The notes beneath the pieces were generated by a model. The model was not told the DNA's origin. It saw only the letters and a program-made list of their open reading frames with translations, and made no database searches. The position numbers were made by a program, and so were the translations under genes. From positions 61,437-125,436 of the forward strand of contig CAVUVB010000005.1 in the NCBI GenBank assembly GCA_963744835.1: a stretch of DNA of 64,000 nt, given 5' to 3'. Shown piece after piece: positions 34,611 through 45,386 of this stretch. Numbering within the stretch: position 1 is the stretch's first letter; every line of letters starts with the position of its first letter. Source of the stretch: an uncultured Actinomycetota bacterium (GTDB lineage Bacteria; Actinomycetota; Actinomycetes; Mycobacteriales; Mycobacteriaceae).

Positions 34611-35030
34611 AAGCAGTCAGTAGGTCTCTGCCGGGTGCAGGGGTGGCGATGGTGGTGGCCGCTACAACGTTCGCCGCGCCGTCACGGGCGGATGACCCGG
34701 TCATGCATCAGGTCAGGTACGTCGTCACGTCAGCCAATCCGATCTATGCCGACATCTATTACCTGGATCAGCAGCCGCCGAAGTTTCTCCGACTACAGCC
34801 ACAACCCGTACCAATACACTCCCAACGTCCAAGCCGATATCGGCCCGGGCCACCCGTGGGTCTCACCTGTGGTGATGCTGTCGGATCCCGACCAGTACGC
34901 CATGGTCACAGTCAGCACCGGCACCGAACCCGGCACGCCGCAGTTTCACTGTGCTCTGATCGTCGACGGGGCGGTGGTCGTCTCGAATGACGGCGCCAAG
35001 GGCGTGCTCTGCTCGCTGCGAAACTGGTGA
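34607..35030 (+). CDS. Secreted hypothetical protein (two Cys), frameshift ~34785
   Basis: Signal peptide ...AAPSRA|DDP; HQVRYVVT...FHCALIVDG...VLCSLRNW; GTGA overlap with the hydratase. Confidence 0.65.
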
Positions 35031-35035
35031 GCCGG

Positions 35036-35626
35036 CTAGGTTTCGGGGTCGCCCTCCAGTCGGTGGAGGTAGCGCTCGACGAACTCGACGGTCTCGGCAT
35101 GTCCGGCGGACATGCCGAGGGCCTGCTCGATCACCAGGACTCGGGAAACACTGGTCATCAGCACCGACCACACCAGCGGCGGCACCTCGGCCGGGTCGAT
35201 GCCGTAGCGCTGCAGCACGGTGGACAGCGCCTTTTGTTGCTCCTCGCGGAAACGTTCCGCGTAATAGGCAATCTCGGCCTTCAGAGCTTTGCGGTGGTTG
35301 GCCAGCGCGATGAATTCCATCGTGATCGCGGTGGCCGCCGGATCGGTGCTGAACCGCCACAGCGCCCACAATGGTTGCCGCGCCTGCAGCACCTGCGCTT
35401 GCACCTCAAGTCCTTCTTCGGCGCGGCGGCGGAACGCGGCCAAAAACAGCTCGTCCATGGTGCGGAAGTAGTAGTGAACGAGCTGCGGCTTCAGCGCCGC
35501 CTTCTCGGCGACACGACGGGAAGTGACTGCGGCATAACCCTCTTCGAGCATCAGCTGTTCGGCGGCGTCGAGCAGCACGCCGCGGTTCTTGGCATCGGGC
35601 GCCCCGATCCTGCGTGCCGAAGTCAT
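35036..35626 (-). CDS. TetR-family regulator
   Basis: VTSRRVAEKAALKPQLVHYYFRTMDEL HTH. Confidence 0.9.
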   Translation of the reverse strand: MTSARRIGAPDAKNRGVLLDAAEQLMLEEGYAAVTSRRVAEKAALKPQLVHYYFRTMDELFLAAFRRRAEEGLEVQAQVLQARQPLWALWRFSTDPAATAITMEFIALANHRKALKAEIAYYAERFREEQQKALSTVLQRYGIDPAEVPPLVWSVLMTSVSRVLVIEQALGMSAGHAETVEFVERYLHRLEGDPET

Positions 35627-35718
35627 GCCTTGGCTCCAAACTCCTGCCGATCGCCTGCTCAACATGGGTGATCGTAGCGTCGCGCGACGCCGCGACCTTG
35701 ACCACGACATTAGCGCCA

Positions 35719-35738
35719 TGCTAAGCAGGTGCTCAGCA
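35719..35738. promoter_or_regulatory. Putative TetR operator TGCTAAGCA-GG-TGCTCAGCA
   Basis: Near-perfect palindrome between the divergent tetR and P450 genes. Confidence 0.65.
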
Positions 35739-35832
35739 CTTTTACCGATCTTGCTGATCCGGACGGCGCTCAGGCCCATAGCGGCCCGCCCTTACACCAC
35801 GGGTAAATCAGCCTCGGGAGGCGCGTAACAAC

Positions 35833-37144
35833 ATGGCAGGCCTTGATTCAACGTTCGATTCCGTCGACTTTTTCACCGATCCGTCTCTGGTTCCCGATCC
35901 GCACCCCTACTTCGACTACCTGCGCAGCCAAAACCCGGTCTTCCGGCTGCCCCACTACAACGTCGTCGCGGTCACCGGCTGGGAAGAGGCCAACGCGGTC
36001 TACAAGGACCCCGACACGTTCTCCAACTGCGTCGCGCTCGGCGGCCCGTTCCCGCCGTTGCCGTTTGAAGTCGACTGTGACGATCTCAGTTCTCTGATCG
36101 ACGCACACCGCAGCCAGTTTCCGATGTTCGAGCACATGGTCACCATGGACCCGCCCGACCACACCCGTGCACGCTCGATCCTCAGCCGGCTGCTCACGCC
36201 GAGCCGGCTAAAGGAAAACGAGGAATTCATGTGGCGTCTGGCCGACCGCCAACTCGAGGAGTTCCTCGACAACGGCGAATGCGAATTCATCGCCGAATAC
36301 TCAAAGCCCTTCGCCACGTTGGTGATCGCCGACTTGCTCGGTGTCCCGGAGGAAGACCACAAGCAGTTCCGCACACGTCCTGGGCGCCGATCGTCCCGGT
36401 GCACGGGTGGGCGCGCTGGACCACGAGTCGGTCGGCGTCAACCCGCTGGAGTGGCTCGACGAGAAGTTCTGCGCCTACATCGAAGACCGTCGCAGGTGAA
36501 CCCCGCGACGACGTGCTGACCTCGCTGGCGACGGCGAAGTACCCCGACGGGTCCACGCCCGAGGTCATCGAAGTAAGCCGTTCGGCAACATTCCTTTTCG
36601 CCGCCGGGCAGGAAACCACCGCCAAGCTGCTCTCCGCGGCGCTGCAGGCGCTCGGCGATCGACCCGACATTCAGCAGAAACTGCGCGACGACCGCAGCCT
36701 GATTCCCGAACTTCATCGAAGAGTCACTGCGCATGGAGAGCCCGGTCAAAAGTGACTCCCGGCTGGCCCGCCGGCCCGCCACAGTCGGCGGCGTAGATAT
36801 CCCGGTCGGCACCATCGTGATGGTGTTGCCCGGGCGCTGCCAACCGTGATCCCCGTCGGTTCGAGAATCCCCACGAGTTCCAGCTTGACCGTAAGAACGT
36901 CCGCGAGCACATGGCGTTCGCCCGCGGCGTGCATTCCTGTCCCGGCGCACCGCTGGCCCGGGTCGAGGGCCGAGTCTCGATTGAGCGCATCCTGGACCGG
37001 ATGTCCGAAATCAATATCAGCGAGGCCCAACACGGACCGGCCGGCGAACGCCGCTACACCTACGAACCGACCTATATCCTGCGCGGGCTGTCCGAATTGC
37101 ACCTGACGTTCACGCCACGGCCGGCGCTGGCGCCGCCGGGCTAG
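35833..37144 (+). pseudogene. Cytochrome P450 (CYP150-like), ~4 frameshifts (possibly sequencing errors)
   Basis: MDPPDHTR, FAAGQETT I-helix, EESLR, FARGVHSCPG heme motif. Confidence 0.85.
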
Positions 37145-37167
37145 CCGACCGGCGAAGGCTGGTCTCC

Positions 37168-38371
37168 TTACCTGGTGATGACGGGTAGGCGTGCCCACCC
37201 GCGCACGCTTGCGGTGTGCGCTCGTTCGGCGTTGGCGTAGTCGACTTCCCAGTCTGGCCAGCGTTTGAGGACCTCTTCGATAGCCACTCGAGCCTCCAAC
37301 CGGGCCAGCGCCGAGCCGAGGCAGAAGTGCAGTCCTTGCCCGAAGCTCAGGTGGTTGGCGCGACGGTGGATGTCGAAGCGGTCTGGATCGGTGAACTGAC
37401 GTTCGTCTCGATTGGCAGAAGCGTTGAGCAGCAACATGAACGACCCCTCCGGTACGACGCGGCCATAATGCTCGGCGTCCTGGGCGACGTAGCGGGCCTG
37501 CACCGGCGACGGTGGCTCGTAGCGCAGCGACTCCTCAACCGCGCCGGGGATCAGCGATGGGTCGGCGACAAGCTCGCGGCGTTGATCCGAATGATCCGAA
37601 AGCAGCTGTCCCATGAAACCTATGAGCCGGGCGGTGGTCTCGTTACCTGCACCGGCGATCATTGCGGTATACGACAACACCTCGGTGCGCGACAGCGGCC
37701 GACGCGTCCCGTCGGGTTCGTCGATCTCGGCGGCTAGCAACTCGGTCATCAGGTCATCGGAGGGATGCTCGGCCCGCCATTCGATGAACTCGGCGAACAT
37801 CACGATGGTTTGTTCAAATATTTTCTGACTGACTTCGCCGGGCTCGCGCCCCTTGGCGACGTCGATGTAGGCGGCGTTGCGATCTCGGATGCTCGCTTGA
37901 TGCTCTTCGGGTATGCCCAGGAGATATCCGATTGTCCGCATCGGCATCATCGCCCCGAGATCCGCGATGAAATCGAAACCGCCGGAACCAATTAGCGGAT
38001 CCAGCTCGTTGGCGCAGAATCCGCGAACCAGCGACTCCACGGCTAGCATGCGCCGCGGAGTAAAGACCCGAGACAGCAGGCGTCGGTGCAGATCGTGCAG
38101 GGGCGGGTCCTCGAAGAGCAGAATGCCCGGCGGCACCTCGATGTTGTTGAACAGGATGTCAGCGGTGGTGCCGCGCCCGGAACGATAGGTCTGCCAGTTC
38201 GGCAGCTCGCGCGCCACGTCCTCGTAACGACTCAGCGCGTAGAAGTTGTACTTTTCGTTGTAGTACGAGCGGTGCTTCTTCGCGCATGCGCTTCCACACC
38301 GGGTAAGGGTTGTCGTCGATGTCGGGATCGTATGGGTCGTAGTACAATTCGATCGCGCTGGTGTCTGTCAT
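37168..38371 (-). CDS. Cytochrome P450, one frameshift ~38265
   Basis: GAGNETT, EESLR, FGQGLHFCLG heme motif; N-terminus MTDTSAIELYYDPY is in another frame. Confidence 0.88.
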
Positions 38372-38401
38372 TGGCGGTCCCTTCGGGGCAGCGTTGGCTG
38401 T

Positions 38402-39070
38402 TCAGTCGTTGCGGTGCAGGAAGCCGTGCAGGATTGCCTGGATGAGTTCCTCAACGATCACCTCCCTCGATGGCGGCTTGGTACCGAAGTAGGTCGATCG
38501 CAGCGCGGCCATGCCGGCGATCATCGCTACCGTCGAGTGAGCCGGCAGGTCAGGATGGTCCGACCGCAACCCACGTAAGTTCATGCCCTCGGCGCTGATT
38601 CGGCCGAGGACCCGCAATGCGCGCCTGACGTCGGCAATCCCGGTTTCAGACAGTTCATCCTCGCTCAGAGCCTCCGATGCCATCAGCGTCAACAGCAGAC
38701 CTTGGTGTTTGACGAACACGTCATAAAGCTGTCCGACGAAATGCCCGGCCAACTCCTTCTCGTCCGTCTCCTCGGGGATGACCGACTGCCAGGTCCGGCC
38801 GAATTCGTCGACGAAGTTGGTGAATGGCAGGACGAGGGCCTCGCGGAACAGCGCTGCCTTCGAACCGAAGTTACGGAACAGCAGATGTTCGGTGACGCCG
38901 GCGGCCGCAGCGATTTCACGTGTCGTAGTGCTGCGGTAGTCCTGGCGGGCGAACAGGGTTCGGGCGGCGTCGAGCAAGAGTCTGCGCGGCTCGCCACGCG
39001 GCCTGCGCGCCGCCGCAGTTGGCGCAGTCGGCATCTCGGCCGTCTGCTTGGCTGCAGATCGCTGGGGCAC
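38402..39070 (-). CDS. TetR-family regulator (start 39070 or 39034)
   Basis: TTTREIAAAAGVTEHLLFRNFGSKAAL HTH. Confidence 0.88.
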   Translation of the reverse strand: MPQRSAAKQTAEMPTAPTAAARRPRGEPRRLLLDAARTLFARQDYRSTTTREIAAAAGVTEHLLFRNFGSKAALFREALVLPFTNFVDEFGRTWQSVIPEETDEKELAGHFVGQLYDVFVKHQGLLLTLMASEALSEDELSETGIADVRRALRVLGRISAEGMNLRGLRSDHPDLPAHSTVAMIAGMAALRSTYFGTKPPSREVIVEELIQAILHGFLHRND

Positions 39071-39073
39071 GGA

Positions 39074-39101
39074 GTTTAGGATAGTATGCACTATCCTAAA
39101 C
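39074..39101. promoter_or_regulatory. Perfect palindrome with 12-bp arms, GTTTAGGATAGT-ATGC-ACTATCCTAAAC (TetR operator)
   Basis: Occupies the short divergent tetR / sORF-aveC intergenic region. Confidence 0.8.
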
Positions 39102-39130
39102 GTCGAGTGCGTATCGAAAGGGGTGCGGAC

Positions 39131-39241
39131 GTGGGCGCGGTGATCATGCTTGGCACGCTGTTCGGGCTGATCGTCCTGATTTTCGGGCTGGTGCTGCGCT
39201 ATGACCCGCAAGCACGTTCGAGTCAAGGGCGTCATCAATGA
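39131..39241 (+). CDS. 36-aa single-TM small protein MGAVIMLGTLFGLIVLIFGLVLRYDPQARSSQGRHQ
   Basis: RBS GAAAGGGG upstream; hydrophobic helix; its TGA overlaps the aveC-family ATG (ATGA); too short for the ORF track. Confidence 0.65.
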   Translation: MGAVIMLGTLFGLIVLIFGLVLRYDPQARSSQGRHQ

Positions 39242-40023
39242 GCGCCCAGATGACACCCGTCATGCAGGCGGCCAGTGACTTCGCGCTCGTCGGGGGCATC
39301 GCGTTTACCGCCGTTGGTGTGTATCTGAGCGTCCGCCAGCGCCGCCTGCATCCCCTCCTACTGCTTTGCATCTCGGCGATCTCGTTCTCGTGGATCGAGG
39401 CGCCCTACGACTGGGCGATGTACGCGCAGTTTCCGCCCGCGATTCCTCGCATGCCGTCGTGGTGGCCGCTGAACATGACGTGGGGTGGATTACCCTTGTT
39501 CGTTCCCATCGGCTACATCTCCTACTTCGTGCTGCCGGCCGTGACAGGCGCCGGCCTGGGGCGGTGGTTGAGCGCAAAGTTCGGTTGGCGCAGGCCCACA
39601 ACGCTATTGACCGTCGGCCTCCTCGTCGGCTTCTGTTGGGCGCTTGCATTCAACGGGTTCCTGGGGGCCAAGCTCGGTGTCTTCTATTACGGCCGGGTGA
39701 TTCCCGGGCTTGCGATACGTGAGGGGACGACGCACCAGTACCCGCTCTACGACTCGCTGGCGATGGGCATCCAGATGATGGTCTTCACCTATCTCCTGGG
39801 CCGCACCGACGCGCAAGGACGAAATGTCATCGAGATGTGGGCCGATAAGCGGTCGAAGAGTCGACTTCAAGCATCAGTCCTGTCTGTGGTCGCTGTCGTC
39901 GTCATCGGAAATGTCCTCTATGGCGCGGTTTTCGCGCCGCATCTGGTCACAAAGCTCGGCGGCTGGGTGACCGCGGGGCCGACGGGCCCGCTGTTCCCCG
40001 GTGTACCGGACCAGCCGCAGTAG
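39238..40023 (+). CDS. AveC (spirocyclase)-family membrane protein
   Basis: Multi-TM; WIEAPYDWAMY, Y..V.PG.....GT..QYPLYD pattern. Confidence 0.7.
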   Translation: MSAQMTPVMQAASDFALVGGIAFTAVGVYLSVRQRRLHPLLLLCISAISFSWIEAPYDWAMYAQFPPAIPRMPSWWPLNMTWGGLPLFVPIGYISYFVLPAVTGAGLGRWLSAKFGWRRPTTLLTVGLLVGFCWALAFNGFLGAKLGVFYYGRVIPGLAIREGTTHQYPLYDSLAMGIQMMVFTYLLGRTDAQGRNVIEMWADKRSKSRLQASVLSVVAVVVIGNVLYGAVFAPHLVTKLGGWVTAGPTGPLFPGVPDQPQ

Positions 40024-40025
40024 GT

Positions 40026-41114
40026 TCAGTCGAAAGCGTGCCGCGGCAAGGTCATTGGGATGTCCAGCGAGCTCAACAGCCCAGGAGGAGCGTCGATGAC
40101 ATATGGGATCGCGTTGACGACCCGCATGGCCGTGGATGCCATCGCGGCTCGACCCGCGCCGTGGCCTTCGGCTGCGCCGAGCGTCATTTCGCAGTGAACA
40201 TCCGGATCACCGACGATGTCGACCCGGTAGGTGGCGTCGAATTCCGACTGCGGCCAGTCGGGTGCGAGGTCGCGCGCCATCCGGATGATGTGCTCGATCA
40301 CGATGGCTTCCCGGCCGTTGACCACGCCCGCGGCGCGGGTCCGCACCGCGCCGCAGGTACCCGCCTGGATGGTGCCGAATGCCACCTCGATGTCACGATC
40401 GGACACTTGCCGATCGAGATAACCGCGTACCTCCGCCACCTCTACCCCGAGACCGTTCGCCACCAGGGATATCGGTGCCTTCCAAGCCAACTCGATGAAA
40501 CCCGGTGTCTTCAGCATCGGTTCGAAGTCGAGCGGCCGGCCAAAGCCCATTCCGTCCATCATCACGTCGGCGACCGGGTAGTGGTCGTTGAGTGCAACCT
40601 CGCTGGCCGTGATGCTGCGGATGTTCTTCGACTGAGTGGCCATCAGCAGCGCGAGTTGGTCGGAAGCGAAACCGGGGAAGATTCCCGACACGTACAACGA
40701 CGCGCGGCCGGCGCTGGCGGCCGCTTCGAGCTGGTGCCGCCAATCCGGGGCGAAGTACGACGGCGGGTAGACCAGGCTGGTCGACGAGGTCGACACGACG
40801 TTGATGCCCGCCTCCAACAACCGCACGTAGTCGCGTACCGCAGCCGCATCGCGTTCGGGACCACTCGCGGCATAGACCACGCAATCGGGCGAAAGCGCGA
40901 TCAGCGCGTCGGCGTCGTTAGTGGCCGTCACCCCGACCGGCTCGCCGCCAGCCAACTCGCCAGCGTCCTTTCCGACCTTGTCAGGCGAATGCACCCATAC
41001 GCCAACCAGTTTGATGTCTGGGCGACGCCTGATCGCGTCGATCGCGTTTGCGCCGACGCCGCCCGTAGACCATACGACGGCACGGGCGGGTTCAGACGAG
41101 GAAGACACCGACAC
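40026..41114 (-). CDS. DapB-like NAD(P)H oxidoreductase (diaminopentanoate/amine dehydrogenase-like family)
   Basis: VVWSTGGVG Rossmann motif, KVGKDAGE, SGIFPGF, TAMRVVNAIPYV..APPG. Confidence 0.82.
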   Translation of the reverse strand: MSVSSSSEPARAVVWSTGGVGANAIDAIRRRPDIKLVGVWVHSPDKVGKDAGELAGGEPVGVTATNDADALIALSPDCVVYAASGPERDAAAVRDYVRLLEAGINVVSTSSTSLVYPPSYFAPDWRHQLEAAASAGRASLYVSGIFPGFASDQLALLMATQSKNIRSITASEVALNDHYPVADVMMDGMGFGRPLDFEPMLKTPGFIELAWKAPISLVANGLGVEVAEVRGYLDRQVSDRDIEVAFGTIQAGTCGAVRTRAAGVVNGREAIVIEHIIRMARDLAPDWPQSEFDATYRVDIVGDPDVHCEMTLGAAEGHGAGRAAMASTAMRVVNAIPYVIDAPPGLLSSLDIPMTLPRHAFD

Positions 41115-41117
41115 TCC

Positions 41118-42095
41118 TTACTCGGACTGCGCCCGCGCGGCCGCTGCCACGGCAAGCTCCAGATGTCGCCACGCCACATCGGGCGGGATGCCGCCGCACA
41201 GCGGATGCAGGGGCAGCGGGCGCCCGCTGCGGATGTACTCGGTCGCCTGGTCCGGAGTGAATATCCGATACGGACCCTCCGCCGCCCGCAAAGCCGTGAC
41301 GTTGTCGGCGCGGGTAATGCTGGCCACCGAGTCGTCGTGGGGTCGATACGACGCGGCGGTCACCGCGTCATGCACCAAGTGCGGTCCCAGCACCTCCCAT
41401 GCCTCGTCAACATCGTCAGCGACGAAAACCGCTGTCGGAGCTCCCGGTACCGGAAACTGAACAATGCCGGGCTCATGTCCGGCGGCACGGCATTGCCATT
41501 CGTAATACTCCTTCAGACCCGGGGAGTCGGTCTGCGAGATGAACCCAAGCCCGTGAGTGGCAGCACGGCGAGCGGCGGCCTTACTGCCGCCGGCGATCAT
41601 CATCGGCGGGCCGCCCGCCGACCCGCAAGGCGGAGTGACCCGAACCCGGCGGCCCCGATACTCGACGCGTTCACCGCGCACCAGTGGGCCAAGCACGGCC
41701 AGCGTCTCGTCGGCCACCCGGCCGCGGGTCATCATGTCCACGCCGAAATGTTCGTACTCCTCGCGGCGATGGCCGACGCCGAACGCATACCACACCCGGC
41801 CCCTGCTGATGAGATCCAGCACGCTGATCTCTTCAGCCAGCCGCACCGGATCCCACAGTGGAATCGGCACCGCGGCAAGCAGTATCGCCAACTGTGTGGT
41901 TCTGGCTGCGATCGCCGAAGCCAAGATCAACGGCGTCGGCAGATGGCCGTCGTCGGTGCCGTGGTGCTCGGACAGCACGGCGAGGATCGCACCGCGGGTT
42001 TCTGCCCACGCGCAGATGTCGATGGCTGCGGCATAGAGGTCGGCGGCCGGGGCGGCCCAATCGGGAGCTCGCATATCGAACCTGAGCGTGAACAT
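41118..42095 (-). CDS. LLM-class flavin-dependent oxidoreductase
   Basis: LSEHH..DDG.LP, DPVRLAEE...LD.IS.GR. Confidence 0.85.
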   Translation of the reverse strand: MFTLRFDMRAPDWAAPAADLYAAAIDICAWAETRGAILAVLSEHHGTDDGHLPTPLILASAIAARTTQLAILLAAVPIPLWDPVRLAEEISVLDLISRGRVWYAFGVGHRREEYEHFGVDMMTRGRVADETLAVLGPLVRGERVEYRGRRVRVTPPCGSAGGPPMMIAGGSKAAARRAATHGLGFISQTDSPGLKEYYEWQCRAAGHEPGIVQFPVPGAPTAVFVADDVDEAWEVLGPHLVHDAVTAASYRPHDDSVASITRADNVTALRAAEGPYRIFTPDQATEYIRSGRPLPLHPLCGGIPPDVAWRHLELAVAAAARAQSE

Positions 42096-42155
42096 CAGTC
42101 CCCGTCTCCCGTTATCCACCACGGCGTGGGCCGGGATGGCCAACCCGATGTTGCT

Positions 42156-42593
42156 TTAGTAACGCACCAGCGAAAACGGGTAGTTTACGGTCCCGCCCGG
42201 CGCATCTCCGCAGCCGGCGTTGAACGTCGAGTCCACGGAACCGTTGAGCGTCGCTTCATCCCAGGAATAGGTGTCGTGGGAAGGAAGGAAGTACACCGTG
42301 CAACGGACACCGTCGGGTACGTCGATAGCCATTGTGTAGCGGCCATTGGCGAAGTGTGCGTCTGTGTTCCAGGGCGCCGCTTGGCCGTTGGGCCGTGGTA
42401 GGGCGTCCACGTGGGCACAGTCAGGAGCATGCGGGGTGCAGGGCCTGACTGCCCAGATCCAGGAGTGACCCGAATCCCTCGGCGTGTGGACTTCGTAGTT
42501 GCCGGCCGGCATCACGGCTCCGGCAACCGGCGCGAAAACCGTCCCGGCTGCCGTAAGCGCGACGCTCAACGCCACTGTCGTCACGGTCCTCAC
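42156..42593 (-). CDS. Secreted Cys-rich protein
   Basis: Signal peptide ...APVAGA|; 4 Cys. Confidence 0.65.
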   Translation of the reverse strand: MRTVTTVALSVALTAAGTVFAPVAGAVMPAGNYEVHTPRDSGHSWIWAVRPCTPHAPDCAHVDALPRPNGQAAPWNTDAHFANGRYTMAIDVPDGVRCTVYFLPSHDTYSWDEATLNGSVDSTFNAGCGDAPGGTVNYPFSLVRY

Positions 42594-42833
42594 CGATTCC
42601 CTCCGTTCCCTGTTTCCGCCTGCTTGCCTCGACTATAAGGTTCTGACGATGCGGAATGCACCGGAATCAGCCTGGCGTGCGCCGCAGGTAGATCACCGGC
42701 GGACGCCCACCGCACAATCTCCTCCACCACCGCCTGCAATACACCGCCGAAGTCGGCCCACCATGTCTGCCGTTGCTGTATCCCGAATAACCTAATATTT
42801 GTTCACTGCTATCTGCAGCTGAGGAGACCCACG

Positions 42834-44032
42834 ATGGCGAAAACGGCGGGCAATCCACTACGTGTGGTGGTGTGGGCGACGGGCGGCATCGGATCGATCG
42901 CCATCCGCGCCATGCAACGACGCCCCGACATCGAGCTCGTCGGCGTGTGGGTGCACTCACCGGACAAGGTCGGAAAGGATGCCGGCGAGCTCGCCAACGG
43001 CGAACCGATCGGGCTGGCCGCGACCAACGACGCGGACGCGCTGATCGGTCTAAAGCCCGACTGCGTCATCTATGCGGCCAGCGGTCCAGAACGCGACGCG
43101 CTGGCCATTCCGGACTACGTCAAGCTTCTCGAGGCCGGCATTAACGTCGTCACAACAAGCACCACGCGGCTGGTCAATCCGCACGCGTACGAACCCGCGG
43201 AGTGGCGTGATCAACTCGTCGCTGCTGCCAAGCAGGGCCAAGCCTCGCTGTACGCGTCGGGAATCGAGCCGGGGTTCGCCGCCGACTACTTACCTCTAGT
43301 GCTTTCGACCCAGTCGTCGTCGATCGAGAAGATTCACGCGTTCGAGATCGGGTTGTACGACGACTACGGAGTTCCCGACATCATGATCAACGGGCTGGGC
43401 TTTGGTCAGCCCCTCGACTATCAGCCGTGGATCAGCTTTCCTGGCGCGATTGCCGGCGAATGGCAGGGGCAGATCCGGTTGGTCGCCAACGCACTCGGGG
43501 TCGAAGTCCACGAGGTGCGCGAGAACTTCGATCGCGCGGTGACCAATCGGACGTTGAACGTTGCGATGGGCACCGTCAAGGCGGGGACGTGCGGCGCAAT
43601 ACGGATGCAGGCGATCGGTGTGGTCGAGGCCGAGAGGCCATCGTCATCGAACACGTCACCCGGCTGGCACACGACGTAGCTCCCGATTGGCCCACCGGCA
43701 TCGGCGATCTGTCCTACCGTGTGGTGATAACCGGTGACCCCGACATCGACTGCACGCTGGCGGCGACACTCAAGGATCCGCGTCGGGCCGGAGTCGCGGG
43801 AATGACATCGGGCGCGGGCGCGATGGTCGCCACCGCAATGCGCGTCCTCAACGCGGTGCCATACGTCGTTGCCACAGAACCTGGACTGCTGAGTTCGGTC
43901 GACTTACCGTTGACCATCCCGCGCAACGCGTTTGTCAGCAATAACTTCTACGTGTCGCCGCGCACCCAACTCGTGACACCGTCGTGGCCTATGCAGACCA
44001 GGAACAGACCGTCGGGAGCCTGCGCAACGTAG
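42834..44032 (+). CDS. Second DapB-like oxidoreductase paralog, frameshift ~43628 (true end probably ~43945)
   Basis: VVVWATGGIG, KVGKDAGE, SGIEPGF, TAMRVLNAVPYV. Confidence 0.78.
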
Positions 44033-44352
44033 TTCTGCCACCGCGTGCAGTCGGCGCCCTCGTCCTTGATTCCGGCCATCGGAGGTGAGCGGAACCAGCG
44101 GGGCTGATATCTCCTGGGAGAGCCGCAGAACATCAGCCGTCCGGGCTGGGAGGCGAACGAGACGTATCCGTCGGCGACCCCAAACGCGTAGTAAGTGGTG
44201 TTATCACACGGTGCGCCGAGGACCATGTGCGGGGCAATGCCTGGGGTGCAGGCCGGATAGTCGCACACTGTCGGCCCAGCGGCGGCCGGCGGTGGCATCA
44301 ACACCCCGACACCGATCAGCGCAGCAACTACTGCCACGATGAAACGCACCAA
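43948..44352 (-). CDS. Secreted Cys-rich protein (6 Cys)
   Basis: Signal peptide ...PPPAAA|GPTVC; LGAPC, MFCGSPR, QAPDGLFLVC. Confidence 0.7.
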   Translation of the reverse strand: MVRFIVAVVAALIGVGVLMPPPAAAGPTVCDYPACTPGIAPHMVLGAPCDNTTYYAFGVADGYVSFASQPGRLMFCGSPRRYQPRWFRSPPMAGIKDEGADCTRWQNYVAQAPDGLFLVCIGHDGVTSWVRGDT

Positions 44353-44369
44353 AATAGCTTTGCACAGCC

Positions 44370-44550
44370 GATAAGAAAATTCTCTTCTTTGGAGAAGGTT
44401 CGGTACGGAACGTAGCGGGCTGATCGCTGCACGTCCATGCAGGTCATGTGTCGCGGGCGGACGACCAAGACGTGTGCCCAGGTAACTGGGTGAGCAGGGG
44501 CCAAAGTGACGGCTACTAAGGCTGCAGCCGGGGGTGATAATGTGATTCTC
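44370..44550. promoter_or_regulatory. GAGAAT-N3-ATTCTC-type sites at both ends of a divergent promoter
   Basis: GATAAG-AAA-ATTCTC (44370), half-site GAGAAG (44392, +22), GATAAT-GTG-ATTCTC (44536). Confidence 0.7.
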
Positions 44551-44582
44551 CGTGCGTGGTTGGGAGCTATTAGGGGGCTACG

Positions 44583-45386
44583 ATGCCGTCGCGCCGTGGC
44601 CGATCCCAAGTGCCCGACGCTAAGCAAAGCGATAGCGAGGGGCCGACGACCGATTCCGACGTGCCCATCTCGCTAGCCGAAGCGGAGCAAGAGGTCTCCC
44701 GCGCAGAAGCGCGCGCCAAGGCGGCCCGTGCCCGCGCGGCGCAACTGCGCCGACAGGCCGAAGCCGACTCCAGCGACCAGTCCGACACGGTCGAAGACGC
44801 ACAAGCGAAGGACAGCGAGACCGCGGCCACCGAAGGGACCGCTGAGGAGACCGAACCGGCAAGCGCAAGGTCGCGGCGTTGGCGGCCACGGTGGGTCCGT
44901 CGCCCCGCGCGGAAAACAGTCGCTGTCGGCGTCGGAATCCTGCTCGCCGGCGCCTCGCTCGCCGCGAGCGGCTACATGGTGTGGCAGCACCACGCCGTCG
45001 TGCACAAACGGCCGCTCGCCCCGGAGTTCGCTGCGGCAGCCCGGCAAGGGATCACGACGTTGATGTCGATCGACCCCAAACACGTGAAGGAGGACATTCA
45101 GCGCAGCATCGACGCGTCCACAGGCGACCTTAAGGCCCAACTGGAAGCGAGATCAGCCCTCACGGCTCAACAGGCCGAGGAACAGAAGCTGGCTAGCAAG
45201 GTCACGATACAAGCCGTCGGTGTCGAATCAGTGACCGACAATTCGGGAGTCGTGCTTGTCTCGGCGAAATCCGATGTGACCAACCCTGATAACACGAAAC
45301 GGCCGCCGATGTTGTGGCGGATCAGCGTCAATATCGAGCGGGACGGTGGTCAGCTCAAGATGTCGAGAGTCGATTTTCTGCGATGA
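44583..45386 (+). CDS. Mce-associated membrane protein (Mam)
   Basis: AEAE..RAEARA.AARARA coiled coil, one TM, AARQG...L.SID, KMSRVDF C-terminus. Confidence 0.8.
   Translation: MPSRRGRSQVPDAKQSDSEGPTTDSDVPISLAEAEQEVSRAEARAKAARARAAQLRRQAEADSSDQSDTVEDAQAKDSETAATEGTAEETEPASARSRRWRPRWVRRPARKTVAVGVGILLAGASLAASGYMVWQHHAVVHKRPLAPEFAAAARQGITTLMSIDPKHVKEDIQRSIDASTGDLKAQLEARSALTAQQAEEQKLASKVTIQAVGVESVTDNSGVVLVSAKSDVTNPDNTKRPPMLWRISVNIERDGGQLKMSRVDFLR

Noticed and set aside
39074-39101. IdeR/DtxR box (TTAGGATAG half-sites)
   Set aside because: Half-sites are separated by 6 nt rather than 1; its position in the tetR divergent region fits an autoregulatory TetR operator
40038-42401. 787-aa + strand ORF
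   Set aside because: Antisense shadow of well-supported minus-strand genes; typical of high-GC3 DNA, no motifs
42631-42666. Additional regulon site GACTAT-AAG-GTTCTG
   Set aside because: Too degenerate to count without a position-weight-matrix scan
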